A DNA stretch of 64,000 bases, taken from assembly GCA_964426875.1 (NCBI GenBank), contig CAYRSB010000002.1, positions 56,155-120,154 of the forward strand. The letters run 5' to 3'. Made by a program: the position numbers and the translations under genes. The notes below the pieces were generated by a model. The model was not told the DNA's origin. It saw only the letters and a list, made by a program, of their open reading frames with translations, and searched no databases. The stretch is from an uncultured Atribacterota bacterium. Lineage in GTDB: Bacteria > Atribacterota > Atribacteria > Atribacterales > Caldatribacteriaceae. Positions 46,950-55,403 of the stretch are shown in pieces. Numbering within the stretch: the stretch's first letter is position 1; every line of letters starts with the position of its first letter.

Positions 46950-47168
46950 TTATACGCGTTGATATTGAGTGAGGGATTTCATGTGCTCTTCAACGTTTCT
47001 CATACAGAGGTAACAGAGGTTGAGCTCATGATCGAGCCCAAGAGAGATATGCCAGTCGGCATCTCGGCCGCAAAGGTCACAAGTTATGAAGAAAGTCATA
47101 ATGGGTTCCTTGATATAGGAGAAATTCTGGAGTGCCCGGGCAATTTCTTCCTTGGTGCGCATCCCCAT
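46950..47168 (-). CDS. hypothetical small zinc-ribbon protein (72 aa)
   Basis: CDLCG, 16 aa, CYLC. Coding-like composition and it fills the aldolase-lipB gap. No homologue recognised. Confidence 0.35.
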   Translation of the reverse strand: MGMRTKEEIARALQNFSYIKEPIMTFFITCDLCGRDADWHISLGLDHELNLCYLCMRNVEEHMKSLTQYQRV

Positions 47169-47217
47169 ACCTCCTTTCTCTTCTTTTACAACCTCTCAAA
47201 ACAGAGAATATTCCGCT

Positions 47218-47913
47218 GTGCTTCGAGTTTCTTCTAAGGACGCCCTTTTCCCCTATCGAGTGTTGCAAGAGGTTGATTACAGAGAGGCTTTGGAATTTCA
47301 AAGAAAACTCGTGGAAGAGGTCTACGTCCGGAATGTGCCTGGGGTTTTTCTTCTTCTTGAACATCCTCCGGTTATAACTCTGGGGAGGGGAGCGAAAAGA
47401 GAACACCTCCTTTACCCCCAGGCGGTACTTGTGCAAAGAGGCATAGAGGTGTATGAAGTGGAGCGGGGTGGAGATGTAACGTATCACGGTCCCGGTCAAA
47501 TCGTAGGATATCCCATTGTGAACCTTCGCTTCTGGCAAAAGGACGTCCACGCTTTCTTGCGGGCCCTGGAGGAGCTTCTCATCCGCTTTCTGAAGATTTT
47601 TGGAATCGCGGCCTTCCGCTTTCCACCCTACACCGGAGTGTGGGTGGAAGAAAAGAGCCCGAAAAAGATTGCCGCTATCGGTGTAGCCGTACGGCACTGG
47701 GTGACGTTTCACGGCTTTGCCCTGAACGTGTGTGACGATCTTTCTCCTTTTCGGTATATTATTCCCTGTGGGATTCGAGGCTTTGGGGTGACGTCTCTGC
47801 AGAAAGTCTTGGGGGAAAAGCTTGGAAGAGAGGACCTTGAGAACATGAAACATCTTTTGGCCCATGAGTTTGGAGGGGTATTCGGTTTTCCCATGGAGGA
47901 AAGCCATGGGTAA
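47218..47913 (+). CDS. lipB: octanoyltransferase (lipoyl(octanoyl) transferase)
   Basis: DYREALEFQRKLV...LLEHPPVITLGRGAKREHLL...VYEVERGGDVTYHGPGQIVGYPI...KIAAIGV...HGFALNV. The ORF is open from 47152; GTG 47218 gives the usual length. Start uncertain. Confidence 0.88.
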   Translation: MLRVSSKDALFPYRVLQEVDYREALEFQRKLVEEVYVRNVPGVFLLLEHPPVITLGRGAKREHLLYPQAVLVQRGIEVYEVERGGDVTYHGPGQIVGYPIVNLRFWQKDVHAFLRALEELLIRFLKIFGIAAFRFPPYTGVWVEEKSPKKIAAIGVAVRHWVTFHGFALNVCDDLSPFRYIIPCGIRGFGVTSLQKVLGEKLGREDLENMKHLLAHEFGGVFGFPMEESHG

Positions 47914-48754
47914 GCTTCCCTCTTGGATTCGTCGGCGCTTCCCTCCTCAGGAAGAGTGGGAAGAGGTCCAAAGGCTTCTGCAAAAACTCTCCCTGCATAC
48001 GGTATGCGAGAGTGCTCACTGTCCCAATATTGGGGAATGTTTTCGCCGCGGAACGGCAACCTTTCTGATCCTTGGTGATATCTGCACCAGGAACTGCCGT
48101 TTCTGTGCGGTGCAAAAGGGACACCCTCTTCCCCCCGATCCTGAAGAGCCGAAGAGGGTGGCAGAAGCAGCCAAACAACTCAATCTGGAACATGTAGTCG
48201 TCACTTCGGTAACGAGAGACGATCTTCCCGATGGAGGAGCGGAACACTTTGTCAGAACCGTAGAAGCCCTAAGGAAGTTTCTCCCCGAGGCCACGGTGGA
48301 ACTCCTTATCCCCGATTTTTTGGGGGATTGGAAGGCCTTGGAGGTTGTTCTTTCAGTACACCCCGATGTTCTGAATCACAACGTGGAGACTGTTCCCCGC
48401 CTATACCCCCTCGTGCGGCCTCAGGCAGACTACTTTCGTTCTCTTGAGCTTTTGAGAAGAGCGAAAGAACGTTTTCCTTCGCTTTTGACAAAATCGGGGT
48501 TCATGGTGGGGTTGGGAGAGACGCAAAAGGAAGTGGAGGAAGTTTTGCAGGACCTTAAAGACTCGGGATGTGACATCGTAACCATTGGACAGTACCTTCG
48601 TCCTTCCATGCGACATCTCCCCGTTTCGGAATACGTGTTGCCGGAGGTTTTTGAGTACTACCGCAGATATGCCCTTCGTCTTGGATTCTTAGGAGTAGCG
48701 AGCGGTCCCTTTGTGCGAAGTTCGTATCGCGCCGAGGCTTTCATAAGGCCATGA
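47906..48754 (+). CDS. lipA: lipoyl synthase
   Basis: LHTVCESAHCPNIGEC plus the radical-SAM CTRNCRFC motif. ATG 47906 lies 5 nt after GGAGGA and overlaps the lipB stop. Confidence 0.93.
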   Translation: MGKLPSWIRRRFPPQEEWEEVQRLLQKLSLHTVCESAHCPNIGECFRRGTATFLILGDICTRNCRFCAVQKGHPLPPDPEEPKRVAEAAKQLNLEHVVVTSVTRDDLPDGGAEHFVRTVEALRKFLPEATVELLIPDFLGDWKALEVVLSVHPDVLNHNVETVPRLYPLVRPQADYFRSLELLRRAKERFPSLLTKSGFMVGLGETQKEVEEVLQDLKDSGCDIVTIGQYLRPSMRHLPVSEYVLPEVFEYYRRYALRLGFLGVASGPFVRSSYRAEAFIRP

Positions 48755-49281
48755 GTGTTGCAGGTCTTCTTCTTGGAATTTTGGGAATCTTTTTCTTTTT
48801 CTGGGTCTTCCCCCTCTTTTTTCGGGGCATCCCTTGGCAGCCTACCGATATGCGGCGGGTTCGAAGGATGCTCGAGATGGCTCAAGTACGCCCGGGGGAA
48901 GTGGTGTATGACCTGGGGTGTGGAGACGGGAGAATTGTCATTTGTGCCGTTCGAGAATTTCGGGCAAAAGCGGTAGGTATTGAACTCAACCCCTGGCTTT
49001 TTTGCGTGGCCTGGATGCGGGTTTTCTTTTCAGGTTTACGACCGAAAGCCCGAATAGTTTTTGGAAACATCTTTTCGGTGGATCTCAAAGCGGCTGATGT
49101 TGTCACCCTCTTTCTTTTCGAGCACGTCAATGAGGCACTGAAAGAGAAACTCGAACGGGAGCTCAAAAAGGGAGCGCGTATCGTATCGTACGTTTGGACT
49201 TTCCGGGGATGGATTCCGAAAGAGGTGGACCCCACTCTTCGGCTGTATCTCTACGTGAAGGACGAGAGGATTACTTTCTGA
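48751..49281 (+). CDS. membrane-anchored class I SAM-dependent methyltransferase
   Basis: N-terminal TM (LLLGILGIFFFFWVFPLFF), then VVYDLGCGDGRIVICAV..AVGIELNPWL. ATGA overlap with the lipA stop. Confidence 0.7.
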   Translation: MSVAGLLLGILGIFFFFWVFPLFFRGIPWQPTDMRRVRRMLEMAQVRPGEVVYDLGCGDGRIVICAVREFRAKAVGIELNPWLFCVAWMRVFFSGLRPKARIVFGNIFSVDLKAADVVTLFLFEHVNEALKEKLERELKKGARIVSYVWTFRGWIPKEVDPTLRLYLYVKDERITF

Positions 49282-49282
49282 T

Positions 49283-49309
49283 ATCCTGCGCCTTCAGGAT
49301 CAATTTTTT
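49283..49309 (+). terminator. weak intrinsic terminator after the lipBA-methyltransferase unit
   Basis: ATCCTG cgcctt CAGGAT followed by CAATTTTTT. Confidence 0.45.
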
Positions 49310-49366
49310 GTCTCTCCACTTTTCCCTCTAAAGTTTTCCTGTTTCTCTCCGATATAATAAAGCGGG

Positions 49367-49461
49367 AGGGAATGAAAGGGCAAACTCTCCGAAAGGGGAG
49401 GGCGCAAAGCCACGGACCTACAGCACGAAAAGTGCCACGGTGGCCGGGCTGCCAAGTCCCT
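49367..49461 (+). promoter_or_regulatory. cyclic-di-GMP-I (GEMM-I) riboswitch aptamer
   Basis: AGGGCAAAC-UCUCC GAAA GGGGA-GGGCGCAAAGCC-ACGG... is collinear with the Vc2 aptamer core (AGGGCAAACC-AUUC GAAA GAGU-GGGACGCAAAGCC-UCCGG...). It has a second hairpin GCAC GAAAA GUGC, and P1 is AGGGA/UCCCU. TATAAT lies at 49353-49358 just upstream. Confidence 0.85.
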
Positions 49462-49513
49462 TTTTTGTTGGCCGGCGCCCGCCCTCAAGGGGAGTCCCTG
49501 AGGGGGTGTAAGT

Positions 49514-50152
49514 ATGAGGAGCCGGATTCCGATTTTTGTCTTTCTCTGCAGCGCCCTTCTTGTTTTTGCTTCCGGTTGTGCGACGGATCTCACCACTCCT
49601 AAGAGCGAGGTTTCGGTTTCTTCGGAGCGTTTTGTCGAGAGAAACTTCGACCGTATACTCCTTGATGTTCCCTTTCTTCCTCAGGTTCCTCCAGGGGACT
49701 GGTCGAGAACACGAAACTGCGGCGTGGCTTCTGCAGCTATGATTCGGGCTTACTATTTCGGTACGATGCCGACGAAAGAAGACATCATGCGAGCCAATGA
49801 ATGGCTCAATGCCCGTTTTGGTTCACCCATCAACGGTTATAATGGCGACTATACAAACGTCTTTCAGATCCGGGCCTGGCTCGAAGCAGAGGGTGTTCCC
49901 ACAAGAATCGGCATGGGAAACCTTGGGGTTCTGCGTAGACTCCTTGAAGAAGGTAAGCCCGTTCTTGTTGCTGTTTATTCCGATATGAATCCTCGGGGGG
50001 CCAAACACGCCATGGTTCTTGTGGGCATGGATGGTTCCTCAATCTATGTGCATGACCCGGGGAAGACGAATGGGGCGAATAACTGCTATCCTACCTCTCG
50101 GTTTCTTTCCGTCTGGTCCTTGCAGAATAACTGGTATGTCACCATAGAGTGA
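49514..50152 (+). CDS. peptidase C39-like (papain-fold) lipoprotein
   Basis: Lipobox LVFASGC. LDVPFLPQVPPGDWSRTRNCGVASAAMI (catalytic Cys context) and ...HAMVLVGMDG...VHDP (His). Confidence 0.7.
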   Translation: MRSRIPIFVFLCSALLVFASGCATDLTTPKSEVSVSSERFVERNFDRILLDVPFLPQVPPGDWSRTRNCGVASAAMIRAYYFGTMPTKEDIMRANEWLNARFGSPINGYNGDYTNVFQIRAWLEAEGVPTRIGMGNLGVLRRLLEEGKPVLVAVYSDMNPRGAKHAMVLVGMDGSSIYVHDPGKTNGANNCYPTSRFLSVWSLQNNWYVTIE

Positions 50153-50787
50153 CTAATAGGAAGAATTTCCTATTGCCTTTTTCCCTCAAAGACTGGTATT
50201 TTTTCCTGAGAAAGGGGGGCCAGTCTCTGAGGGTAACATTCGGCTTTTTTGGAATCATGAGTATTCTCGTGGTCTTGGGTATTTCAGGGTGTGGAGGTGT
50301 ACCGCAAGGAGGGTGCTTGGGAGGAGATACTAAAATCACGGGGAAAGTGCTTCTTCCCGAGAGTTGTGGTTCTTGTCCTCTCTTTGTGATCCTCCGTGAC
50401 GAAAATGGTCCCGTATCTACGGTTTTGACCGATACCGAGGGACACTTTTCCTTTTCACAGATTCCCGGTCCTGCAGTACTCCTTTATGTGCGCTGTGGGT
50501 TAATGACTATGGCCAAGGGTGTGTATCCCCTCAATGAAGGAGAAGTCAACGATGTAGGCTGTATCGACGCCTTTTCCACCGCTCAGGTAGTGATCTATGA
50601 GGTAGCCCGTGAGAAGTATCCTGGAACGGTCTTCATCCGTGATATTCCCAATTTCCTTGTTCCGGAGAATTTCGTGTGTCTGGTAGAGGGGGCACTTTCC
50701 CACTGTGAAGACCCCCTTTCTTCTTCCCTGGTGCGTTCCGAGGCTCTTCGATATATAGATGTGTGGTTTGGAAACCCTCCTAAGTAA
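50149..50787 (+). CDS. hypothetical lipoprotein with a carboxypeptidase-regulatory-like (Ig-like) domain
   Basis: VVLGISGCGG lipobox and ITGKVLLPE...TDTEGHFSFSQIPGP. The start is uncertain (GTG 50149 overlapping the upstream stop, or ATG 50257). Confidence 0.55.
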   Translation: MTNRKNFLLPFSLKDWYFFLRKGGQSLRVTFGFFGIMSILVVLGISGCGGVPQGGCLGGDTKITGKVLLPESCGSCPLFVILRDENGPVSTVLTDTEGHFSFSQIPGPAVLLYVRCGLMTMAKGVYPLNEGEVNDVGCIDAFSTAQVVIYEVAREKYPGTVFIRDIPNFLVPENFVCLVEGALSHCEDPLSSSLVRSEALRYIDVWFGNPPK

Positions 50788-50826
50788 TTTCTTTCGATTC
50801 TCCCGTCTTTCCTTCTGCCTTATTTC

Positions 50827-50835
50827 TGCTACAAT
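50827..50835 (+). promoter_or_regulatory. extended -10 promoter element (TGcTACAAT)
   Basis: TGCTACAAT lies 21 nt upstream of ATG 50857, with GGAGGTGG as the RBS between them. Confidence 0.5.
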
Positions 50836-50856
50836 AATCATTGGAGGTGGTATTTT

Positions 50857-51873
50857 ATGAAACGCTCAGTGTTTCTCTCGGTGCTTCTCTTAGTTGGGCT
50901 TCTCGTTTTCACTTCGGTGTCTTCAGCAAAGACCTATGAAATTGCCGTAGTGGTGAAGATTGCGGGAATTCCCTGGTTCAACCGCATGGCTGAAGGCGTG
51001 GAACAGGCAGCCAAGGAGCTCGGGGTGAATGCATATCTCACTGGTCCGGCAACGGCTGACCCGGCACCGCAAGTGCAAATGGTGGAGGACCTCGTCACCC
51101 GGGGTGTAGATGCCGTCTGTGTAGTCCCCAATGACGCCAAAGCTCTTGTTCCAGTCTTCAACAAGGCGAGGGAGAAAGGCACTGTAGTCATTACGCATGA
51201 GTCACCTTTTGAAACCGAGGCTATCGATTGGGACGTGGAAACCATTGATAGTGTGCAATTCGGTCGGAATCCTATCGATGCCATTGTGGAGAAGCTCAAA
51301 GAATCGGGAGAACTTGAAAAGTACACTCCGGAGAATCCAGCAGGGTTCGTCATGCTGGTGGGTAGCTTAACTGTTCCACTTCACAACTTCTGGGCAGACG
51401 TAGCTCTTGAGTACGTCAAGGAGAAGTACCCATTCCTCAAGGAACTCACTTCTCGTTTGCCTACCGCCGAAAGTGTTGAGGATTCCCGGGCTGCTGTTCT
51501 GGACCTCATCACCACCTATGGTGATCAGTTTAAGGCGGTCATTGGATGGGGAAGCCTCGGACCGATCGGTGCCGCCCAGGCTGTGGCCGAAAAGGGGATG
51601 GAGGACAAGATTATTGTTGTAGGAAGTGCCATTCCCTCTACTGTTGCACCGTATCTTAAGACCGGGGCTGTTGACTGGGCACAACTTTGGGACCCCAAAG
51701 ATGCCGGATATGCCATGGTCTACATCGCCAAGCAGATTCTCGATGGAGTGGAAATCAAAGAAGGTATGGAGATTCCGGGTCTTGGTCCCATAAAGGTGGA
51801 GGGTAAGGTCATAAGCGTGAACCAGATTAAACTCATGCCCACTGCTGAAGCTGCAGAGGCTTTAGGGTTCTGA
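50857..51873 (+). CDS. sugar ABC transporter substrate-binding protein (RhaS/LsrB/ribose-type, Peripla_BP_4)
   Basis: Signal peptide. IAVVVKIAGIPWFNRMAEGVEQAAKELGV..YLTGPATADPAPQVQMVEDLVTRGVDAVCVVPND. Confidence 0.85.
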   Translation: MKRSVFLSVLLLVGLLVFTSVSSAKTYEIAVVVKIAGIPWFNRMAEGVEQAAKELGVNAYLTGPATADPAPQVQMVEDLVTRGVDAVCVVPNDAKALVPVFNKAREKGTVVITHESPFETEAIDWDVETIDSVQFGRNPIDAIVEKLKESGELEKYTPENPAGFVMLVGSLTVPLHNFWADVALEYVKEKYPFLKELTSRLPTAESVEDSRAAVLDLITTYGDQFKAVIGWGSLGPIGAAQAVAEKGMEDKIIVVGSAIPSTVAPYLKTGAVDWAQLWDPKDAGYAMVYIAKQILDGVEIKEGMEIPGLGPIKVEGKVISVNQIKLMPTAEAAEALGF

Positions 51874-51891
51874 GAGCAACAGGGAATGACA

Positions 51892-51925
51892 GAGATGCCG
51901 GGGTTCGAACCCCGGCATCTCTTTG
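51892..51925 (+). terminator. perfect 30-nt palindrome hairpin plus TTTG between the binding-protein and ATPase genes (attenuator)
   Basis: GAGATGCCGGGGTTC/GAACCCCGGCATCTC at 51892-51921. Confidence 0.6.
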
Positions 51926-51935
51926 AGGTGGTATA

Positions 51936-53435
51936 GTGCCGGGGAGAGAAGAAGTCCTTCACCTTGTGCATATTACCAAGCGATATGGAGGAGTGGTGGC
52001 GCTCCGGGACGTAGATTTTTCCGTTCTCCGGGGTGAGGTCCATGGTTTGGTGGGTGAGAACGGCTCTGGAAAGAGTACCCTTGTGAAGGTTGCCACAGGG
52101 GTTGTGCAGCCTGACGAGGGTGCAGAGATCTACCTTGAGGGACAGAGAATTCCCCGTCTGAATCCCTACCTTTCCTTCCACCGAGGAATTCACGTGGTGC
52201 ATCAGGACCTCTCTCTTTTTCCCAACCTCTCGGTGGCGGAGAACATTCTCTCCCATGAGTACATAGAGAAGCGACGTTCTTTGGTCTCGTGGTCGGATAT
52301 GGAGCGACGGGCAAAGGAAGTCCTTGAAAAGCTTGGAGTTGACCTCGATCCCAGGGAAATTGTGGGGCGACTTCCCTTTGCCGATCAACAACTTGTGGCC
52401 ATCTGTAGGGCGATTGCAAGCCAGGCAAAGCTCATCATTCTTGATGAGCCTACGTCTTCTCTCACTTTTCGGGAGGTACAGCGTCTTTTTGGCTTCATTC
52501 GAGAGCTTAAGGTTCAGGGAATAGCTACAGTTTTCATCAGCCATCGCCTTGATGAGGTGCTTGAGATCAGCGACCGGGTAACGGTCTTAAAGGATGGGGT
52601 CAAGATTGGTACCTTTTTGAAAGAGGAGCTCACCAAGGGCAGGCTTTCTTTTCTTATGACCGGGAAGGAAATCACGGCGCGTTCTTCTTTGTCTTTTCTT
52701 TCAGAGGCTCGAGAAGTCTTGCGGGTTGAAGGGCTGACCCGAAGAGGAGAGTACTACGATGTTACCCTTTCCCTATATCAAGGGGAAATCCTTGGTCTCA
52801 TCGGTCCTCGGGGAGCGGGGAGAACCGAACTTGCTCTGACGCTTTTTGGTCTTAATCCTCCCGACCGGGGAAAAATCGTCCTTGACGGACGTGAAGTGGT
52901 TTTTCGATCCAATCGAGATGCCATTCGTCATGGGATCGGATATGTACCGGAAAACCGCCTCCTTCAGGGGCTTGTTCTTGATCAGCCTATCGCCGATAAC
53001 ATTGTGGTAACCATCCTTGATTCTCTGGTGAACCGTGGGGGGTTCTTACGTCCCGCGGTGAAGTTTTCGGTGGCAGAAAAGGCGGTAAAAGACTTTGGAA
53101 TTAAGACCCAGGTAGTTGATGCTCCGGCGCGTTCTCTCTCCGGAGGGAACCAGCAGAAGGTTGTCCTTTCTCGTTGGATTCTCACCGCTCCGAAGATTCT
53201 GATCCTTGATGCCCCGACACATGGAGTCGATGTAGCGGCCAAAGAGAGTATCTATGAAACCATTCGGGAACTCTCCCAGAAGAGAGGTATAAGCATCCTT
53301 TTTATTTCCGATGAAGAGCACGAAGTTCTTGAAGTGTGCCATCGGATTCTTGTCATGCGCGAGGGCAGGATTGTGCGGGAATATAAAGCAGAGGAAGTTA
53401 CCGAGGAAGCGCTTCGGGAAGAAATTGTGGGATAG
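51936..53435 (+). CDS. sugar ABC transporter ATP-binding protein (duplicated ATPase, RbsA/MglA type)
   Basis: 499 aa with two nucleotide-binding domains (GENGSGKST; LSGGNQQKV; ILDEPT / ILDAPT). Confidence 0.92.
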   Translation: MPGREEVLHLVHITKRYGGVVALRDVDFSVLRGEVHGLVGENGSGKSTLVKVATGVVQPDEGAEIYLEGQRIPRLNPYLSFHRGIHVVHQDLSLFPNLSVAENILSHEYIEKRRSLVSWSDMERRAKEVLEKLGVDLDPREIVGRLPFADQQLVAICRAIASQAKLIILDEPTSSLTFREVQRLFGFIRELKVQGIATVFISHRLDEVLEISDRVTVLKDGVKIGTFLKEELTKGRLSFLMTGKEITARSSLSFLSEAREVLRVEGLTRRGEYYDVTLSLYQGEILGLIGPRGAGRTELALTLFGLNPPDRGKIVLDGREVVFRSNRDAIRHGIGYVPENRLLQGLVLDQPIADNIVVTILDSLVNRGGFLRPAVKFSVAEKAVKDFGIKTQVVDAPARSLSGGNQQKVVLSRWILTAPKILILDAPTHGVDVAAKESIYETIRELSQKRGISILFISDEEHEVLEVCHRILVMREGRIVREYKAEEVTEEALREEIVG

Positions 53436-53449
53436 AGGAGAGATAGCCA

Positions 53450-54448
53450 TTGCTTCGGCGAATTTCAGGGAGATCTGAAGTATACCTTGCCGGTGTTGTC
53501 ATTGCCCTTTCCGTGGTCCTTTTCTTCCTCAACCCCAAGTTCCTCACCGCCGAGAACCTCTTTGATGTCCTTCGAAACAATTCCTTTCTCGGTATTGTTG
53601 CCCTTGGGGAACTCGTAGTACTTATTTCCGGGGGAATAGACGTATCTTTCACTGCCATAGCTACAGTGGCGCAGTACATCATGGGAGTCATTATGACTCG
53701 TTACGCAGTGGAGAACGTGTTTTTGGCTTTCCTCATCCCCATCCCCATTGGTGTTGCCTTGGGAGCTTTCAATGCCTTTTTGGTCAACCGCACTCGAGTG
53801 CATCCCGTTATCATCACCATCTCGAGTCTCAATGTGTTTTATGGGTTTTTGATGGTGGTGAGTCGGGGAAAGTGGATTTATGGATTTCCCGTTCCTTTTC
53901 GAGAATTTGCCCGTCTGAAAGTTCTAACTCTTTTTTCAGGAAAGGGTGTAGAATATGGACTCTCCATTTTTACAGTCATATGGTTTCTCATTGCCGTGGC
54001 AACGTGGGTGATTTTGCAATACCTTCCCATCGGTCGGAAAGTCTACGCACTGGGGGGTAATAGTGAAGCAGCCCGGAGAGCCGGCTTTGACATCTTTCGT
54101 ATCCAAATTTTTGTCTATTGCTACATCGGGTTACTTTCAGGTTTGGCCGGTTTTGTCCATGCGGCGCTCAACCAGATAATCCAGCCAAATGCCATAGTGG
54201 GGCGAGAGCTTGACGTCGTGGCCGCTGCAATCCTTGGAGGCGCGAGTGTCTTCGGCGGAGCAGGCTCTCCTTTTGGAGTCATTTTGGGGGTGCTCTTCAT
54301 CGCCTTCATTAAGAATGGCCTCATTCTTATGAAGGCTTCGGCCTACTGGCATCAGGTCATCATGGGGCTCATTATCGTTCTTGCAGCAACGCTCAGTGCG
54401 TACCAGCAAAGTCTTGAGAAGAAGAGAAGAAGAGGAAGGAGTATATGA
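53450..54448 (+). CDS. sugar ABC transporter permease (RbsC-like)
   Basis: 332 aa, about 9-10 TM, GGIDVSFTAIA motif, TTG start after AGAGGAGAG. Confidence 0.88.
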   Translation: MLRRISGRSEVYLAGVVIALSVVLFFLNPKFLTAENLFDVLRNNSFLGIVALGELVVLISGGIDVSFTAIATVAQYIMGVIMTRYAVENVFLAFLIPIPIGVALGAFNAFLVNRTRVHPVIITISSLNVFYGFLMVVSRGKWIYGFPVPFREFARLKVLTLFSGKGVEYGLSIFTVIWFLIAVATWVILQYLPIGRKVYALGGNSEAARRAGFDIFRIQIFVYCYIGLLSGLAGFVHAALNQIIQPNAIVGRELDVVAAAILGGASVFGGAGSPFGVILGVLFIAFIKNGLILMKASAYWHQVIMGLIIVLAATLSAYQQSLEKKRRRGRSI

Positions 54449-55395
54449 GGGTCACACAGCATAGAAGAGAAACGCAGGCTCTGGTACTTGTTGTAGTGGT
54501 AAGTTTTTTAATCGTCCTCCTGGGCATTCTCACCAGGGGTAGGCTCCTCGGTTTTGACAGTCTCCAGTCTATCGCCTTTCAGCTCCCCCTTTTGGGTATC
54601 CTCACCCTTGCACAGATGACACCGATGCTTACCGGAGGTATTGACCTTTCCATCATCTCTACGGCCAATCTCTGTGGAGTGGTGGCTGCAATCTTAATGA
54701 CCCGCAGCGGTGTTTCTGTCCCGCAAGCTCTATTTTTTGGTCTTCTTTTAACTCTGTTCCTTGGGCTTTTGAAGGGCCTTCTCATTGCCTGGGTGTCGGT
54801 TCCGGCCATCATTGCTACCTTGGGACTCATGATCTTCATTGAAGGGGTATCCTTGGTCCTCACTCGGGGGTATGTGATCGCCGGGTTTCCGGAAAGTTTT
54901 CTCTTCTTAGGGAACGGAACGGTTCTTGGTATTCCCATGCCCTTTGTAATCTTTGCTCTGGTGGTGGTCTTTCTCTACATTCTTTTGGCTCGAACTCGCT
55001 TTGGAACACATGTTTACCTCCTTGGGTCAAACCCCGTGGCGACACTCTTTGCCGGAGTTAACAACAGTGGTGTACTCTTTAAAACCTATCTTCTTTCGAG
55101 CTTCCTTGCAGGTATTGCTGGTCTTGTTATGATTTCCCGTTTTAACGCCGCTCAGGCAGACTATGGAAAGTCTTACCTTCTCTTGACCGTTTTGGCCTGT
55201 GTTCTTGGGGGTGTGGACCCGGCCGGAGGATTTGGGCGTATTCCGGGAGTGGTGGTATCCATCGTTGTTCTGCAGGTTGTGGCTACCGGTTTCAACCTTT
55301 TAGGATTGAGTTCGCATCTTGCCAGCGCTCTGTGGGGATTGATTCTTCTTGGGGTCATTGCCGCGAATCGCATGCTTGGAGCAGAAAGGGCATAG
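54445..55395 (+). CDS. sugar ABC transporter permease (RbsC-like), second copy
   Basis: 316 aa, GGIDLSIISTANL motif, 4-nt overlap with the upstream gene. Confidence 0.88.
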   Translation: MRVTQHRRETQALVLVVVVSFLIVLLGILTRGRLLGFDSLQSIAFQLPLLGILTLAQMTPMLTGGIDLSIISTANLCGVVAAILMTRSGVSVPQALFFGLLLTLFLGLLKGLLIAWVSVPAIIATLGLMIFIEGVSLVLTRGYVIAGFPESFLFLGNGTVLGIPMPFVIFALVVVFLYILLARTRFGTHVYLLGSNPVATLFAGVNNSGVLFKTYLLSSFLAGIAGLVMISRFNAAQADYGKSYLLLTVLACVLGGVDPAGGFGRIPGVVVSIVVLQVVATGFNLLGLSSHLASALWGLILLGVIAANRMLGAERA

Positions 55396-55403
55396 AGCTA
55401 CTT

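Noticed and set aside
51892-51921. GGGGTTCGAACCCCGG looks like a tRNA T-arm/T-loop.
   Set aside because: It is the centre of a perfect 30-nt palindrome between two ABC genes. No acceptor stem, D-arm or anticodon arm can be drawn, so it is interpreted as a hairpin attenuator.
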